This document shows positions 37,312-49,008 of a DNA stretch of 64,000 bases, piece after piece (positions within the stretch are counted from its first letter, which is position 1; each line of letters starts with the position of its first letter). The stretch comes from Alkalispirochaeta sp. (GTDB lineage: Bacteria > Spirochaetota > Spirochaetia > DSM-27196 > Alkalispirochaetaceae): the NCBI GenBank assembly GCA_965601925.1, contig OZ271854.1, positions 3,552,001 to 3,616,000 of the forward strand. The letters are read 5' to 3'. The translations under genes were made by a program, and so were the position numbers. Below the pieces are notes generated by a model. That model did not search any database. It saw only the letters and a list, made by a program, of their open reading frames with translations, and was not told where the DNA came from.

Positions 37312-38007
37312 ATGTTTTCGATACGGAATGGAGCGAGTCGGAGAATCCGCTATATGACGACGGTGTTAACGGTGCTGCTCTTGGCCGGATGTTTTGAGGT
37401 GAATCACCACCTTACCGTCGATGAACGGGACCGTGTCGTCTCTTTCTTCAGTTTTCGTATGGAGAAGGCGTTGTTCGAGCTCGCCGCTGAGTTCGGTGGA
37501 GAGGGGATAGACTACGGCGAGTTTCTACGTGAGGCCGATATGAACGAGGAGCGCTTTCGAACCGTCGTGGGCGATGCGGTCGAGGTGGATTATGCACTCA
37601 CCGAAACCGATGGCCATTTCGGATTCACCTCGCGAGCGACGATGCCGCGTGCCGAGGTCGACCTGCCGGGGTGGTCGATTCAAGAACCGCTCCCCGCCGG
37701 CGCATTACAGGAGCGTCTTTTTGTTCCCTTCGTGACCGACGAGGGCGTAGTGATACCGTTGGAACCCTTCGGCGACGACGCACCCGACGACGAGGCGGCG
37801 GCCTTCTTGTCGGGGGCCTTGTACTCGTTGACGGTCGGCAAGGCCCTTCTTCCGACGCTCACGCGAGCGCGCGTGGTGGGTGTGGGATCGACCATCGCGG
37901 CGGTTGAGGTCCCGGTGGTTGATCTCGTAGATTTTTTCCTCATAGAGATTCCGCTGACGACCTTGTCTCTTAGGGGCGATCGTATCGCCATCGTGCTCGA
38001 ACGGTAG
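37312..38007 (+). CDS. Hypothetical lipoprotein
   Basis: AAGGAGG RBS; lipobox LLAGC. Confidence 0.7.
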   Translation: MFSIRNGASRRIRYMTTVLTVLLLAGCFEVNHHLTVDERDRVVSFFSFRMEKALFELAAEFGGEGIDYGEFLREADMNEERFRTVVGDAVEVDYALTETDGHFGFTSRATMPRAEVDLPGWSIQEPLPAGALQERLFVPFVTDEGVVIPLEPFGDDAPDDEAAAFLSGALYSLTVGKALLPTLTRARVVGVGSTIAAVEVPVVDLVDFFLIEIPLTTLSLRGDRIAIVLER

Positions 38008-38091
38008 CGGTGGGCGTTGCTCGGTTGTGGACCTCACGGTGGACGTCCCACGGTACACGAGATACCATTGAGCGGCCGTGCGGGGTCTCCG

Positions 38092-38120
38092 TTGACTTTT
38101 TAGGGGTGGCTCACTATCAT
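38092..38120 (+). promoter_or_regulatory. tRNA promoter
   Basis: TTGACT-N17-TATCAT. Confidence 0.65.
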
Positions 38121-38133
38121 CGACCACCTGTTC

Positions 38134-38207
38134 GGTCACGTAGCTCAGCTGGATAGAGCGTCGGCCTCCGGAGCCGAAGGTCGTGGGTTCGAATCCCGCC
38201 GTGATCG
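38134..38207 (+). tRNA. tRNA-Arg(CCG)
   Basis: Acceptor GGTCACG/CGTGATC, D-arm GCTC..GAGC, anticodon stem TCGGC-CT-CCG-GA-GCCGA, T-loop GTTCGAAT; CCA not encoded. Confidence 0.96.
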
Positions 38208-38239
38208 TTTTTCAATGGTTACACGATTGGAATGCTGGT

Positions 38240-38267
38240 AGGCCTCTCGCAGAGAGAGGCCTTTTTT
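38240..38267 (+). terminator. Rho-independent terminator after tRNA
   Basis: AGGCCTCTC-GCAGA-GAGAGGCCT-TTTTT. Confidence 0.85.
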
Positions 38268-38370
38268 ATATACCGCTAAGATTCGTAGGTAGAAGAGAAC
38301 AAACATGAACGACGCTCCGCGACGCGTTTTTGGGCGTCGGGAGAGCGTGTATCCGTTGAGATACGTTTGT

Positions 38371-38877
38371 TTAGCCGTTCTCCATATGTGCCCGGAAAGC
38401 TCGGCGCAGAGCCTCCGCGCTTTGTACGCCGCTTTGCACATCTACCAGCTCACCGTCGCCGTCGAGAAACAGGAGGGTTACGCGACGCTCCGCGGTATAG
38501 CGGCGGGCGAAAGCGCTTCCTTCGGTGGTGCTGATGTCGGCAATCCGTATCAACAACTCATCGTCGGAGAACTCGTCATCGATGCGATTCACATTGGAGC
38601 GCAGCTCGCTACACAACGGGCATGTTGCGTCGTGGACCTGTACGACCGCCGGTACACCGGTCCCGACGAGGGAAAGGTCGCGAATGTGGTTTTCGCGCTG
38701 GTTATACGCGTACAAAGCCCCGCTGCCGACGGCGACGACGAGCGCAACGACCGCACCGACGCGGACAAGGCGTTGCCGCCGTCGGCGTTGTGCACGAAGG
38801 GCCTTTTCCGCGCGCTTCTTTTCAAGGGTCTGCGGCGACCCGGAGTGTGACGTTTTATGTGCTTTCTTCTTCGCCAT
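38371..38877 (-). CDS. Membrane-anchored thioredoxin-like protein
   Basis: Basic N-terminus, one TM helix, CPLC motif, TLLFLDGDG. Confidence 0.75.
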   Translation of the reverse strand: MAKKKAHKTSHSGSPQTLEKKRAEKALRAQRRRRQRLVRVGAVVALVVAVGSGALYAYNQRENHIRDLSLVGTGVPAVVQVHDATCPLCSELRSNVNRIDDEFSDDELLIRIADISTTEGSAFARRYTAERRVTLLFLDGDGELVDVQSGVQSAEALRRAFRAHMENG

Positions 38878-39123
38878 ATTACCAAACCTTACCGTAAAAG
38901 TATGCTTTCTTGAACATAACAGTCCGTATGGGGCGACGCCAAGTGGACGCATGCAATGGTGTGCTTTTCGCACCTCCCCCCCAACCGCGCGAGTCCGCGA
39001 TGGAGCGCAATCGTCATCGTAAATCGTCGGCACCGCGTGGACGGTCTGCTGCGCCGCGTCGTTGTTTCGTCATTGCCTCTCCGGTGCGCCGCTGCTATCG
39101 TGGTGTGCGGAGGACAAGCTCGG

Positions 39124-40515
39124 ATGAATGCGCCGGAGACGACCGTTATCACCGATGTCTCGACGATTGACGCCGACGGGACCGTGACGGTGGGGCGCCG
39201 CGTCGTGCTCGCCGACGGTGTGATAGCGGCTGTGGAGGCCGAAGCCGACGCGGGAAACGACCGCGGACCGACCGCCGCCGCCGGCGCCGAGATGGTCGAC
39301 GGGCGCGGATGCTTTCTCTCTCCCGCCCTAGTCAATCTTCACACCCATACTCCGATGAGCATTTTTAAGGGGATTGCCGAAGACGTCGATGCCGACGACT
39401 GGTTCAATCACGAGATTTGGCCGTACGAAAGCGTGATGGACGAGGCCGATGTCGCGCTCGGAGTAGACCTCGCCATAGCCGAATCGATTCAATGCGGCGT
39501 CTCCCTCCTCGCCGACCACTACTTCCACGCGTCGGTCGTCTGCGCCCACGTGGCGGACGCCGGTTTGCGCCTGGATATGGCGCCGACGCTCTTTGGACAG
39601 GCCGGCGATTATACGGGGCAATTGGATCGCGCGGAGGACATTGTTCGCGCATGGCACGGATACGAAGGGCGTATCCACATCCGGTTGGGACCGCACGCGC
39701 CCTATACATGCGGACCTCGGGAACTGTGCGAAACCGCCGAACGGGCGCGCGAGCTCGGCGTCGGCGTCCATATCCACATGTCCGAGACCTCCGAACAGGT
39801 GAAGGCGAGCATTGCCGAGCACGGCAAGGCACCCCTGGAAGTGGCCCACGAGGCGGGTCTTCTGGACGTACCGATTTTGCTGGCCCACGGAGTCTTCTTC
39901 ACCGAGCGGGAGCTGACTCTTATCGAAGACATTCTCGGCACGAGCGGGGTGACTCGAAGCACCAATGACCGACCCTTAGGCTTAGAGGCTTCGCCGCGCC
40001 TCGCCATGGTGCTGTGTCCGAAAACGTATCAAAAGTTGGGCACCGGCATGGGGCGCGTTCTCGACGATTTGCGGCGATGGCCCGTCGCAATCGGCACCGA
40101 CGGCGCGGCGAGCTCCAACACGCTCAATCCGATCGAGCAGGCGCGTCTGCTGGGGCTGTGGGCCAAGGAGCGCACCGCCTCCGGCGCAACGCTACCGGCC
40201 CGTGAGTTGTGGCGTATCGTCATGGGCGCCCACCGCGTTCCGGGGTTTGGTACGGGACGGCTCGATGTCGGCGCGCCCGCCGATCTCGTATTGTGGGACT
40301 TGGACGATCCCGCGACACAGCCGAACTACGATCCGGTTACTACCATCCTTTACTCGTCTCACCCCGGCAATGTTCGTTTCCTCTGGGTCGCCGGGCGCGT
40401 CCTCAAGCGCGACGGTGCGGTCGACATGGATCTACCCGCCCTCTTCGCCGAGGCGCGTCGTCGGGTGCCAAGGCTCGTGTCGCGGGGCAAGGGGAGGAGC
40501 CGACTCGTCTATTGA
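39124..40515 (+). CDS. Amidohydrolase, MTA/SAH-deaminase-like
   Basis: N.HTH, GPHAPYTC, HIHMSET, AHG, GTDGAASSN, G.PADLV. Confidence 0.88.
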   Translation: MNAPETTVITDVSTIDADGTVTVGRRVVLADGVIAAVEAEADAGNDRGPTAAAGAEMVDGRGCFLSPALVNLHTHTPMSIFKGIAEDVDADDWFNHEIWPYESVMDEADVALGVDLAIAESIQCGVSLLADHYFHASVVCAHVADAGLRLDMAPTLFGQAGDYTGQLDRAEDIVRAWHGYEGRIHIRLGPHAPYTCGPRELCETAERARELGVGVHIHMSETSEQVKASIAEHGKAPLEVAHEAGLLDVPILLAHGVFFTERELTLIEDILGTSGVTRSTNDRPLGLEASPRLAMVLCPKTYQKLGTGMGRVLDDLRRWPVAIGTDGAASSNTLNPIEQARLLGLWAKERTASGATLPARELWRIVMGAHRVPGFGTGRLDVGAPADLVLWDLDDPATQPNYDPVTTILYSSHPGNVRFLWVAGRVLKRDGAVDMDLPALFAEARRRVPRLVSRGKGRSRLVY

Positions 40516-41018
40516 GAGCGTTCGATCTGCTTCTCGAAGTAGCGGAACGTGCCTTTGCGGAGGCGCACCCGACCGGCGGGCCGGTATCCCAGCCGTTCGT
40601 ACAACGCCAGCGCTCCCGGATTCCCCTCGTACGCGTCGAGTCGTATGACATCATACCCTTGTGAAGCGATTTCCGCCTCGGCAAAGCGCACCAAACGTGA
40701 GGCGATTCCCCGCCGTTGAAACGCCGGATGTATCGTCAAGCGGTGAATGGCCGATGCGCGGCCCCGATAGCGCCACGGCACGTCGACGTACTCATCGGCT
40801 TGACGGTCGTCGAGTACGATGATCCCGGCGACGGAGCGTCCGACCTCGATAAGATACATGGCCCGTCGATCGATGTCGGCGGCGACGACCGTACGCGAGG
40901 GATAGACCTCGTCCCACTGCTCGATGCCGTCGCGGCGCATCGCCGAGATTGCGGCTTGGATCAGGTCGAGTACGGCGTCCAAGTCGTGTACGGTCGCAGG
41001 ACGTATCGTCTGCATCAT
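40509..41018 (-). CDS. GNAT acetyltransferase
   Basis: IRPAT..DL, QWDE.YP, RL.IHP.FQRRGIA, N..A..LYERLGY. Confidence 0.88.
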   Translation of the reverse strand: MMQTIRPATVHDLDAVLDLIQAAISAMRRDGIEQWDEVYPSRTVVAADIDRRAMYLIEVGRSVAGIIVLDDRQADEYVDVPWRYRGRASAIHRLTIHPAFQRRGIASRLVRFAEAEIASQGYDVIRLDAYEGNPGALALYERLGYRPAGRVRLRKGTFRYFEKQIERSQ

Positions 41019-41270
41019 GTACTTCGTAGCGCGTGTGCGATGGTCATACCGGGTAACTCCTCATGCGGGCGACCCCTCATGATTCTGCGGACGCCCTCCA
41101 TATAGCATTGAATACCGTGCCGGAAACCATTTCGACCGCTAAGTGCGTGCCGTTTCCTCTCCCGAGGTGGTATAGTGCCGTCGATATACCGGATTGAAAA
41201 GGCGACATGCACTTGATAAGCACGCGCCACACGGACGACTCGGCGGAGACACGCCGGTATCACGGGGTCC

Positions 41271-41708
41271 GTGGATCGCGCGAAGGGGCGCCGTGATAGC
41301 GTCCCTTACCGAACTTCTCGCCCGATCCGAGTTTGCCGAATGTGCGGGCTCGGCGCACCCGTGGAACGACGCGGGCACCGATACACCGATCTGTTTGTCA
41401 TTACGGACCCGGTCCATGGCGACCTTCTCGTGAAGATCCGGCGCGCCGATGAGTGTCATATCGAACGATCGCTGCAGTGTCTGGCCGGTACTCGTGATCG
41501 CGAAGGGCTCATCGGGAAGCGTGTGTACGCCGAGCGAGTCGGTGCACCGGGTGCGAGTCGTCTGAGGGCCAATGATCAGATTCGGGCGGTCGAACTGCTA
41601 TCGGTGCGGCGCGCCGATACGTATCGCGCGTTCACGGGTACCGCTTCGGACGCCGGGGCTATCAAGGAGCATATCGATACGGTGTTGACCGCCGGAGATA
41701 TCGTATAG
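41271..41708 (+). CDS. Possible hypothetical protein (start uncertain)
   Basis: Only sizeable ORF filling the gap; 3' part has host-like codon usage; no motif recognised. Confidence 0.35.
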   Translation: MDRAKGRRDSVPYRTSRPIRVCRMCGLGAPVERRGHRYTDLFVITDPVHGDLLVKIRRADECHIERSLQCLAGTRDREGLIGKRVYAERVGAPGASRLRANDQIRAVELLSVRRADTYRAFTGTASDAGAIKEHIDTVLTAGDIV

Positions 41709-41753
41709 ATCGCGAATGACACGAGCCGAGCAACGGCGGGGCGTGGACCCGGC

Positions 41754-42950
41754 TTACCTGAGCATCTCCTGCCCGCCGGTGACGGGAAGAGCCTGTCCCG
41801 TCTCGTACCGCTGTTCCACGACGTACATAATGGCTCGCACCACATCTGCGCCGGAGCACCCTCTCCCCATGGGAACTTTCGCCTCGTAGGCGCGTCTCAC
41901 ATCCTGAACCGTGTGTGCGCCGGGAACCTTCCCGGTCCGCAGGTACTGAACGAAGAGACCTCGCTCCGGATCGCTCCACAGCGGGCCGTCGAAGAAGTTG
42001 CCGGGGCAGATCGCGTTGACTTTGATGTTGTCGGCGATCAACTCCAGGGCAAAGCTCTGCACTAATCCGATGCCGCCGAATTTGCTACCGGCGTAGGCGC
42101 CGTTTTTGTTACTCCCGGCAAGGCCGCTCTTGGAGTTGATCTCGATGATGTCGGAGTACATCGGTCGGTCGGGCGATAGGGCGTGCGCCGCGGCGTTTTG
42201 GACGGCCAGCAGGCGTGCGGCGTGTTTACTCACCAAAAAGAATCCGCGATAGTTGACGCGCGTCACAAAATCGAAGTCGGAGGCCGACATCTCTTTGACG
42301 CTACCGGCCTTGAGCACACCCGCGTTGCTGACGACGATATCGACGCCGCCGTAGCGTCGTGCGAGCTCTCCCGCCATCGCTTCCACCGATGCTTCGTCGG
42401 TGACGTCGACTCGGAACGCGGCGTGGACCCCGGGGGCGGGGGAGACGGCATCCAGACGAGCAGCCGCTTTGCGCGCGCCGTCAAGATTGACATCGGCGAT
42501 CATCACCTGGGCGCCCGCGGCGGCCAACCCGCGGGCGATTTCATAGCCGAACCCTTGCGCACCGCCGGTCACCACCACAACGCGATGCATCACGACGTTC
42601 GCCCGCTCCTCGCCGACGGCTACCGTCGGATCGACTGCGCCGCGGTCCGTCCGTTCGTCGGGAGCCGTCGACGTAGCCGGCGCCGCGGCCGTGGCCGCCG
42701 CACGCACCACCGTATCGCCGATACGGATGTGCGAGGGGTGTCTGCCGGTGTGCGCCAATCGATCGCGATACGCCTGCGCGATCGCGGCGACCGTGACCGC
42801 AGCGTCGGGGAGGATAAACTCGTCGTACGAGGGGGGCGTCGCCTCCTTCGCGACGGCCCTGTCGACGATACGCAGGGTACGGGCCGTGTGCCCGTCCCAG
42901 GTACAGCCGCGGAGGGCCGCGATGCGCTCCTCGAGCGACAGGGGGCTCAC
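41754..42950 (-). CDS. SDR oxidoreductase, sorbitol-6-phosphate dehydrogenase-like, with N-terminal extension
   Basis: [39 protein letters not shown] overlap with the upstream E1 gene. Confidence 0.85.
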   Translation of the reverse strand: MSPLSLEERIAALRGCTWDGHTARTLRIVDRAVAKEATPPSYDEFILPDAAVTVAAIAQAYRDRLAHTGRHPSHIRIGDTVVRAAATAAAPATSTAPDERTDRGAVDPTVAVGEERANVVMHRVVVVTGGAQGFGYEIARGLAAAGAQVMIADVNLDGARKAAARLDAVSPAPGVHAAFRVDVTDEASVEAMAGELARRYGGVDIVVSNAGVLKAGSVKEMSASDFDFVTRVNYRGFFLVSKHAARLLAVQNAAAHALSPDRPMYSDIIEINSKSGLAGSNKNGAYAGSKFGGIGLVQSFALELIADNIKVNAICPGNFFDGPLWSDPERGLFVQYLRTGKVPGAHTVQDVRRAYEAKVPMGRGCSGADVVRAIMYVVEQRYETGQALPVTGGQEMLR

Positions 42951-45406
42951 ACACCCTCCCGGTAGCGCCTCAGTACTTCGCCGTTCGTCTGGACGGTGGT
43001 GACGGTGTGGCCCGGAAGCGGGACGATGTGCTCGTGGATCGCGTCGACGATCCACTCGGGTTGCGGGAAAAAGGTGTCCTCCAGCTCGACAGCCGGGGTG
43101 ATCCAGTTGCGCGACCCGACGACCACCGGTGGCGCATCGAGATAGTCGAAGGCGAGGCGCGTTACGTTTCCGGCGATCGTATGGAGGAAGCTCCCCCGTT
43201 CCACCGCGTCGGAGGCGAGTACCAAACGGCCGGTCTTCTTGACCGACTCGACGATCGGCTCCAGATCCAACGGGTTGATGAAGCGCGCGTCGATCACCTC
43301 CGCCGAGAGCCCGTAGCGCTCCTGGAGTATGTCGGCCGCCTCTATCGCTTTGTAAAGGGTTGCGCCGATCGTGAGAAGCGTTACGTCGTTCCCGGTACGC
43401 TTCACGTCGGGCATTCCCTCGGGCACTTCGTAGTAATCGGTCGGTACGCCGGGAGTATGGAAGAGCTCGCCGATGTCGTAGATGCGCTGGCTCTCGAAGA
43501 AGACGACCGGATCGGTTCCGGACAGGGCGAGGTTGAGCATTCCCTTGGCGTCGTAAGGGGTGGCCGGAAAGTAGACTTTGAGACCCGGGATGTGGGCGGT
43601 AATGCTCGACCAGTCCTGGGAGTGCTGCGCGCCGTACTTGCTCCCCACCGAAACGCGCACTACCAACGGCATCCGGAGGACGCCGGCGCTCATCGACTGC
43701 CACTTGGCCATCTGGTTGAAGATCTCATCGCCGGCGCGCCCCATGAAGTCGTTGTACATGAGCTCTACCACTGCGCGCCCACCGGACAACGCGTAGCCGA
43801 CGCCGGTGCCGACGATCGCGCCCTCGGAGATCGGGGAGTTGAAGAGGCGATGGTACGGCAGCGCCTCGGTGAGGCCGCGGTAGACGGCGAAGGCGCCCCC
43901 CCAATCGCGATTCTCCTCGCCGTAGGCGACCATCGTGGGGTCGACGGCGAAGCGGTGGAGCATCGCCTCGAAGAGGGCGTCGCGCAGAGCAAAGGCTTTC
44001 ACCTTCGATACCGGTTTACCCGTCTTGTCCAGACCGAAGCGCTCTTTTTTGGCCAGCTGTTGCACCCGTGGGTTCTCCGCCGCCGATAGGTTCATCTCCG
44101 CCTCACGGTCGTCCAGGCGCTCCGCAGTGCGATTACTGAACATGTAGCCGCCGATGCGCTCTCCGGCCATGCGCGGACTCGCCTCGGGGTCGATCGCGAG
44201 GGTCATGGTGCGCTTGAGTGCCGCATTGATCCGGGAGTCCATATCGTCGAGTTCGCTCTTTGAGGCGACCTTATTCTCGACGAGGTACCGTCTGTAGGAG
44301 GCGAGGGCGTCGGCGTCCTTCCACAGTTCTATTTCCTCCTTCGTACGATACGAAGAGGCGTCGGAAGGAGAGTGGCCGCTGACACGGTAGGTGATCGTAT
44401 CGAGGAGCACCGGACCGGTGCCCGCCTCGAGGATCTCGCGCTTGCGTGCGATTGCGTCGGCCACGGCCAAGGGATTGTAGCCGTCGACGCGCTCCGCGTG
44501 CATGTTTTCCGGATTCACGCCGGCGCCCATGCGCGCGAGGATACGGAAGCCCATCGTCTCGCCGACCGTCTGGCCGCCCATACCGTAGAAGTTGTTGAAG
44601 AAGTTGAAGACTACCGGGGGGGCGCCGCCGAGTTCACCATCCCAGAGCGTGCGGTATTGCTCCATGGAGGCGATCATCATCGCCTCCCATACAGGGCCGC
44701 ATCCCGCCGAGGCGTCGCCGATATTGGCCACGACGATACCCGGTTTACGGTTGATCCGCTTGAACATCGCCGCACCGGCGGCGATGTCGGCGCTTCCTCC
44801 GACGATCGCATTGTTGGGCATGCTTCCGAACGGCGCAAAAAAGGCGTGCATCGATCCGCCCAGGCCACGGTTGAAGCCGTCGTTGCGCGCGAAGATCTCG
44901 GCGAGTGTGCCGTAGAGGATGAACTGTTCAGCCAACTCGGTGATCGACGAGGCGGCACCTCCCTTCTCGACCGTGCGCAGCGTATCGCCGTCTAAGTACT
45001 GCTCCATAGTGCGTTGCAGCGTCTCCTCGTCGAGTTTCGCGATCGCGCTGAGACACTTTGCCAAAATTTCGCCGTGGCTGCGGTGGCTGCCGAATATGAA
45101 GTCGTCGGCCGTCATGGTGAGAGCGAGCCCGACTGCAGCGCTCTCTTGTCCGATGGAAAGGTGCGCCGGCCCGGCGTGGGTGTAGGCGATGCCTTCCCAT
45201 TCGCCGGTCATTTTGATGCTGTTGAGCATGTTCTCAAACTCGCGGATGAGCGCCATGTCGTAGTAGACGCGCCCCAGCACCTCATCGCCGTAGGTTTTGC
45301 GCTCCTCTTTTATGTCCGGCGTATATTGGTTGACCGGAATCGGCGCGATTTCGATCCGGTCGGCTTTGCGTACGGCGGTCGGGTCGACAATCAGTGTTTT
45401 CGGCAT
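42947..45406 (-). CDS. TPP-dependent dehydrogenase E1 alpha/beta fusion
   Basis: [25 protein letters not shown] motif, YR..GHS.SD; beta part YGEE, PISE..IVG, GAQHSQ, FFE. Confidence 0.92.
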   Translation of the reverse strand: MPKTLIVDPTAVRKADRIEIAPIPVNQYTPDIKEERKTYGDEVLGRVYYDMALIREFENMLNSIKMTGEWEGIAYTHAGPAHLSIGQESAAVGLALTMTADDFIFGSHRSHGEILAKCLSAIAKLDEETLQRTMEQYLDGDTLRTVEKGGAASSITELAEQFILYGTLAEIFARNDGFNRGLGGSMHAFFAPFGSMPNNAIVGGSADIAAGAAMFKRINRKPGIVVANIGDASAGCGPVWEAMMIASMEQYRTLWDGELGGAPPVVFNFFNNFYGMGGQTVGETMGFRILARMGAGVNPENMHAERVDGYNPLAVADAIARKREILEAGTGPVLLDTITYRVSGHSPSDASSYRTKEEIELWKDADALASYRRYLVENKVASKSELDDMDSRINAALKRTMTLAIDPEASPRMAGERIGGYMFSNRTAERLDDREAEMNLSAAENPRVQQLAKKERFGLDKTGKPVSKVKAFALRDALFEAMLHRFAVDPTMVAYGEENRDWGGAFAVYRGLTEALPYHRLFNSPISEGAIVGTGVGYALSGGRAVVELMYNDFMGRAGDEIFNQMAKWQSMSAGVLRMPLVVRVSVGSKYGAQHSQDWSSITAHIPGLKVYFPATPYDAKGMLNLALSGTDPVVFFESQRIYDIGELFHTPGVPTDYYEVPEGMPDVKRTGNDVTLLTIGATLYKAIEAADILQERYGLSAEVIDARFINPLDLEPIVESVKKTGRLVLASDAVERGSFLHTIAGNVTRLAFDYLDAPPVVVGSRNWITPAVELEDTFFPQPEWIVDAIHEHIVPLPGHTVTTVQTNGEVLRRYREGV

Positions 45407-45436
45407 CGCTTTACTCCCTCTTTCGGTACGAGTGTT

Positions 45437-46840
45437 CTATAGCTCTAGTGCCCACGCGGCGTCGCGGAGCGCCTCTCCCACCGTAGGGTGCGGAAAGACG
45501 ATCTCCCGAATGTCGCGGATTCGCAGTTCTTGTTCGATCATGACTGCTGCGCTGTGAATGATCTCACCGACACCGCTGCCGAGCATGCGTACGCCCACAA
45601 GGCGCCCCGTCGCCCGTTCGGCGACGACGGTAACCGAGCCGCGTTCGGCCGGATGTTCGGCGAGATAGCGGCCGCTCACGCGCAACGGAAGCTGTACGCT
45701 CGTCACCTCGATTCCCGCGTCCTCCGCCTCACGTGCGTCCATACCGCAACCGGCGACCTCGGGGGAGGTGAAGACGACCCACGGAACGGCGTGGTATCGC
45801 ATGCGGTTGGGCCATACGGCGCGTCCCGCCGCTCCGCCGTCGGTGGGACGAAACATGTGCGACACGGCAACTTCGCCCATACGATAGGCGGCGTGGGCGA
45901 GGAGCATGCGGCCCGTGATATCTCCCGCCGCATACACGCCCGGTAGATTGGTTTGCATGTATTCGTCGACGCGCACGCCGTTGCGCTCAACATCCAGCCC
46001 CGCCTCGCGGAGACCCGCGCCGTCCACGTGAGGTACGCGGCCGGTGGCGAGGAGGACGACATCGGCCTCGATACGTGCGACATCGCCCCCATTCGCCGGT
46101 ACAACGCGGACGAGCGCCCCGTCGGTACGGTCCTCGATCGCCTCGACGCGGTGTCCCAGTCGATAGTCAATCGCCGGAAGCTGTTTGCGCAACTCTCGCG
46201 CGGTCGTCGGATCGAGCATGGGAATGATCTCGTCGGTCATCTCGACGACGGTGACTTGAACGCCGACGGCGGCGAAATAGGTGGCGAACTCCATGCCGAT
46301 GTAGCCGCCGCCGATCACAACCAACCGTTCGGGCAGGGCGGAAACGGTGAGAATCTCGCGGCTGGTAAGGACGTGTGGACTCTCGGCAAGCCCCGGGATC
46401 GGCGGGCGTGCCGACGTTCCTCCGGTGGCAAGCAGCACATAGTCGGAACGTACTTCCTCGCCCTCGACCTCCACTCGACCGGGTCCCAGAAGACGCGCGG
46501 TAGCGGTGCGTACCTCGACGTGGTGTCGCTTCATCTGCGAGAGAATGCCCTTTTGTAAGGTCTCAATCGTCTTCGCCTTGTGCGCCATAGCGGCGGCGAG
46601 ATCGTAGCGCGCTCCGGTGACGGTGACGCCGAAGCGCTCCGATTCGTTGGCCTCGCGATACAGCTTAGCGCCGTGGAGGAGCGTCTTGGTTGGGATGCAC
46701 CCCTCGTTGAGACAAACTCCGCCGATCGCGCGTTCCTCGATCAACAGAACCGACTTTCCGAGGCTCCCGGCGCGTTCCGCGGCGATGTATCCTGCGGGCC
46801 CACCGCCGACGATAATCAGGTCGTAGTGCTTCATCGTCAT
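45437..46840 (-). CDS. lpdA: Dihydrolipoamide dehydrogenase (E3)
   Basis: GGGPAG, GGVCLNEGCIPTK, GGGYIG.E, HPT.GE. Confidence 0.93.
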   Translation of the reverse strand: MTMKHYDLIIVGGGPAGYIAAERAGSLGKSVLLIEERAIGGVCLNEGCIPTKTLLHGAKLYREANESERFGVTVTGARYDLAAAMAHKAKTIETLQKGILSQMKRHHVEVRTATARLLGPGRVEVEGEEVRSDYVLLATGGTSARPPIPGLAESPHVLTSREILTVSALPERLVVIGGGYIGMEFATYFAAVGVQVTVVEMTDEIIPMLDPTTARELRKQLPAIDYRLGHRVEAIEDRTDGALVRVVPANGGDVARIEADVVLLATGRVPHVDGAGLREAGLDVERNGVRVDEYMQTNLPGVYAAGDITGRMLLAHAAYRMGEVAVSHMFRPTDGGAAGRAVWPNRMRYHAVPWVVFTSPEVAGCGMDAREAEDAGIEVTSVQLPLRVSGRYLAEHPAERGSVTVVAERATGRLVGVRMLGSGVGEIIHSAAVMIEQELRIRDIREIVFPHPTVGEALRDAAWALEL

Positions 46841-46844
46841 GATC

Positions 46845-48197
46845 CTACAAGGCCAACAACAGATCGAACTGCGCGATACCGCGACTCAACGCCTGCAGGA
46901 ATCGCGCGCCCGGTGCGCCGTCCACCGCTTGGTGGTCGATGGTGAGAGAGAGTCCGATATGAGGAATGTGTTCCACCTCCCCGCCGGGCGTCTCTACCGC
47001 TTTGAGCGTAATTGAGCCGACACCGACGATCGCCACCTGCGGCGGATTCAGCACCGGGGTGAAGCGCTCGATACCGAACGCACCCAGATTCGTTACGGTG
47101 AGAGTCGCGGGAGCCAGATCCGCAGGTCGTGCTTTACCGTCAACGGCGCGCTGGGCGAGTTCCTTGGCCGTCCGGCTGAGCTCCGCAAGGGAGAGGCCGT
47201 GCGCACCTCGGATCGTGGGAACGAGGAGTCCGCGCGATGTGTCGACGGCATACCCCAGATCGACTCCGGCAAAGCGTCTAATCGTCTCTCCGGTGAAGTG
47301 TGCGTTTACCGCTCCGAAATCCGCGGCCGTACGCGCCACGGCGTACATCACCATATCGTTGATCGTCACCCCGCGGAGGCCCAACGCCTCGCCGTCCGCC
47401 TTAAAGTGCGCACGCATTCGGCGCAGAGCGCGCGCGTCGGCGCTCCCGTGAAGGGTGAGTTGAGCGGTTGTGGCGAGTGAGCTGTGCATGCGCTCGGCGA
47501 TCGTCTTGCGTATCCCCGTTACGGCGATCTGTTCGGCGACGACCGCCTGTCCGACCGGCGGCGTCGTCGGCGGTGCAGGGAGAGCGGCGGTCGCAATATC
47601 GGCGGTGGTGACTCGCGCGCCGATCCCGCGTCCCACCGCATCCGCCCGCCCGGTCGCCTTCGCCGCAGCGGCGGTCGCCGGATGGTCCTCGGCGGCAGCG
47701 GTCACGTCGCGTTCGATGATCCGACCGCCGGGACCGGTGCCCACGAGTGAGGCGACGTCGATACCCGTTGCCTCGGCCCGCATCCGGGCGCGCGGGCTTA
47801 CCGGGCGCGACCCGCCCACTGAGTCGTGGGGATGTCCGGTCGTCGGGAGCGAGGTGGTCGACGCCGCGGGCTTCGGAGTCGCATCGGCGCTCGTCGCCTC
47901 CGTCCGATCGTACGCTTCGCCGTCTCGATCCGCAGTACCGAAGGACGATACGTCTTCGCCCGGCTCACCGACCACGACGATCGGCGTCTTTACCGGAATC
48001 TCGTCTCCCGTATCGGCGAGAAGAGCCAACACCGTGCCGCTCTCCGTCGATTCGACCTCCATCGTCGCCTTATCGGTCTCGACTTCACACAACGCATCGC
48101 CGGTCGACACCGTATCGCCCACGGCGACCTTCCATTCGAGAAGGACCACGCTTTCCACCGAGTTCCCCTGTTGGGGAAGCACGACCGTTTCCGCCAT
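46845..48197 (-). CDS. Dihydrolipoamide acyltransferase (E2)
   Basis: Lipoyl ETDKA, E3-binding SPRAR...GTGPGGRI...DV, catalytic DHQAVDG. Confidence 0.93.
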   Translation of the reverse strand: MAETVVLPQQGNSVESVVLLEWKVAVGDTVSTGDALCEVETDKATMEVESTESGTVLALLADTGDEIPVKTPIVVVGEPGEDVSSFGTADRDGEAYDRTEATSADATPKPAASTTSLPTTGHPHDSVGGSRPVSPRARMRAEATGIDVASLVGTGPGGRIIERDVTAAAEDHPATAAAAKATGRADAVGRGIGARVTTADIATAALPAPPTTPPVGQAVVAEQIAVTGIRKTIAERMHSSLATTAQLTLHGSADARALRRMRAHFKADGEALGLRGVTINDMVMYAVARTAADFGAVNAHFTGETIRRFAGVDLGYAVDTSRGLLVPTIRGAHGLSLAELSRTAKELAQRAVDGKARPADLAPATLTVTNLGAFGIERFTPVLNPPQVAIVGVGSITLKAVETPGGEVEHIPHIGLSLTIDHQAVDGAPGARFLQALSRGIAQFDLLLAL

Positions 48198-48215
48198 TAT
48201 CTCCTCCGTATGCTC

Positions 48216-48980
48216 TTACTGCGTCGCGACGCACACGACACGTACGCCGGTCTCTTCCAACTCCGACCGCCCCCCCTCGGGAAGAGCATCGTCGGTGACG
48301 ATGATATCGATCCGATGTAAGGGCAGGACGCGCACGAACCCGGTCCTGCCGAACTTTCCGCTGTCGGCCAATACGACGACTCTGTCGGCCTGGGAGGCCA
48401 TGCGGCGTACTATCTCCGCCCCCTCGACTAAGTGCGTCGAGAGCCCGTTGGCTACCGAAAAGCCGTCGGTTCCCACGAAGGCGGTCTTCACATGGAACTG
48501 CGCCAGCGTATCCAGGGCCAACGGGCCGACGATGCTCTCATTGGCGGGACGAAACTCACCGCCCACCACATTAACGCGCAACCCCGGATTACCGCGAGCG
48601 TGGGCGAGTGCGAGGGAGTTATTGGTGACCACACTGACGTCACGCTTGCCCAACAGAAAGCGTGCAACCATCGCGGTGGTCGTTCCCGCCTCGATCATGA
48701 TCGTATCGCCGTCGTCCACCATGGAGGCGGCATACTCGGCGATGGCCCGCTTCTCGCGTTGTTTCGTCTGCTCGCGTTCGACGATCTCGGGATGAATCGT
48801 GGGGATGGCGCCGCCGCGTACTCGGTACAGGTAGCCCTTCTCGGCCAGCGCGTTGAGATACGAGCGCATCGTCACCGACGAGACCGACAACTCCTTGGCG
48901 AGGTCCGCGACTCCCAAGTTCGGATCCTTGACCAAAAAAGTGAGAACCTGCTGTTCTTTTTCGTTAAGCCGTGGGATCAT
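48216..48980 (-). CDS. DeoR/GlpR-family transcriptional regulator
   Basis: HTH VS..T.R..L..L, R.RGGA, EAGTTT, VVTN, LADSGKFG. Confidence 0.92.
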   Translation of the reverse strand: MIPRLNEKEQQVLTFLVKDPNLGVADLAKELSVSSVTMRSYLNALAEKGYLYRVRGGAIPTIHPEIVEREQTKQREKRAIAEYAASMVDDGDTIMIEAGTTTAMVARFLLGKRDVSVVTNNSLALAHARGNPGLRVNVVGGEFRPANESIVGPLALDTLAQFHVKTAFVGTDGFSVANGLSTHLVEGAEIVRRMASQADRVVVLADSGKFGRTGFVRVLPLHRIDIIVTDDALPEGGRSELEETGVRVVCVATQ

Positions 48981-49008
48981 TGGTTTATTGCAAGCCTTTC
49001 AAAAGACT

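Noticed and set aside
38134..38370. tRNA-Arg as an island integration site
   Set aside because: No adjacent integrase and no duplicated tRNA 3' end seen in the window
42951..43703. N-terminal 250 aa of the 649-aa ORF 41754-43703
   Set aside because: Overlaps the E1 gene out of frame and is Arg-rich; the real start is the GTGA overlap at 42950
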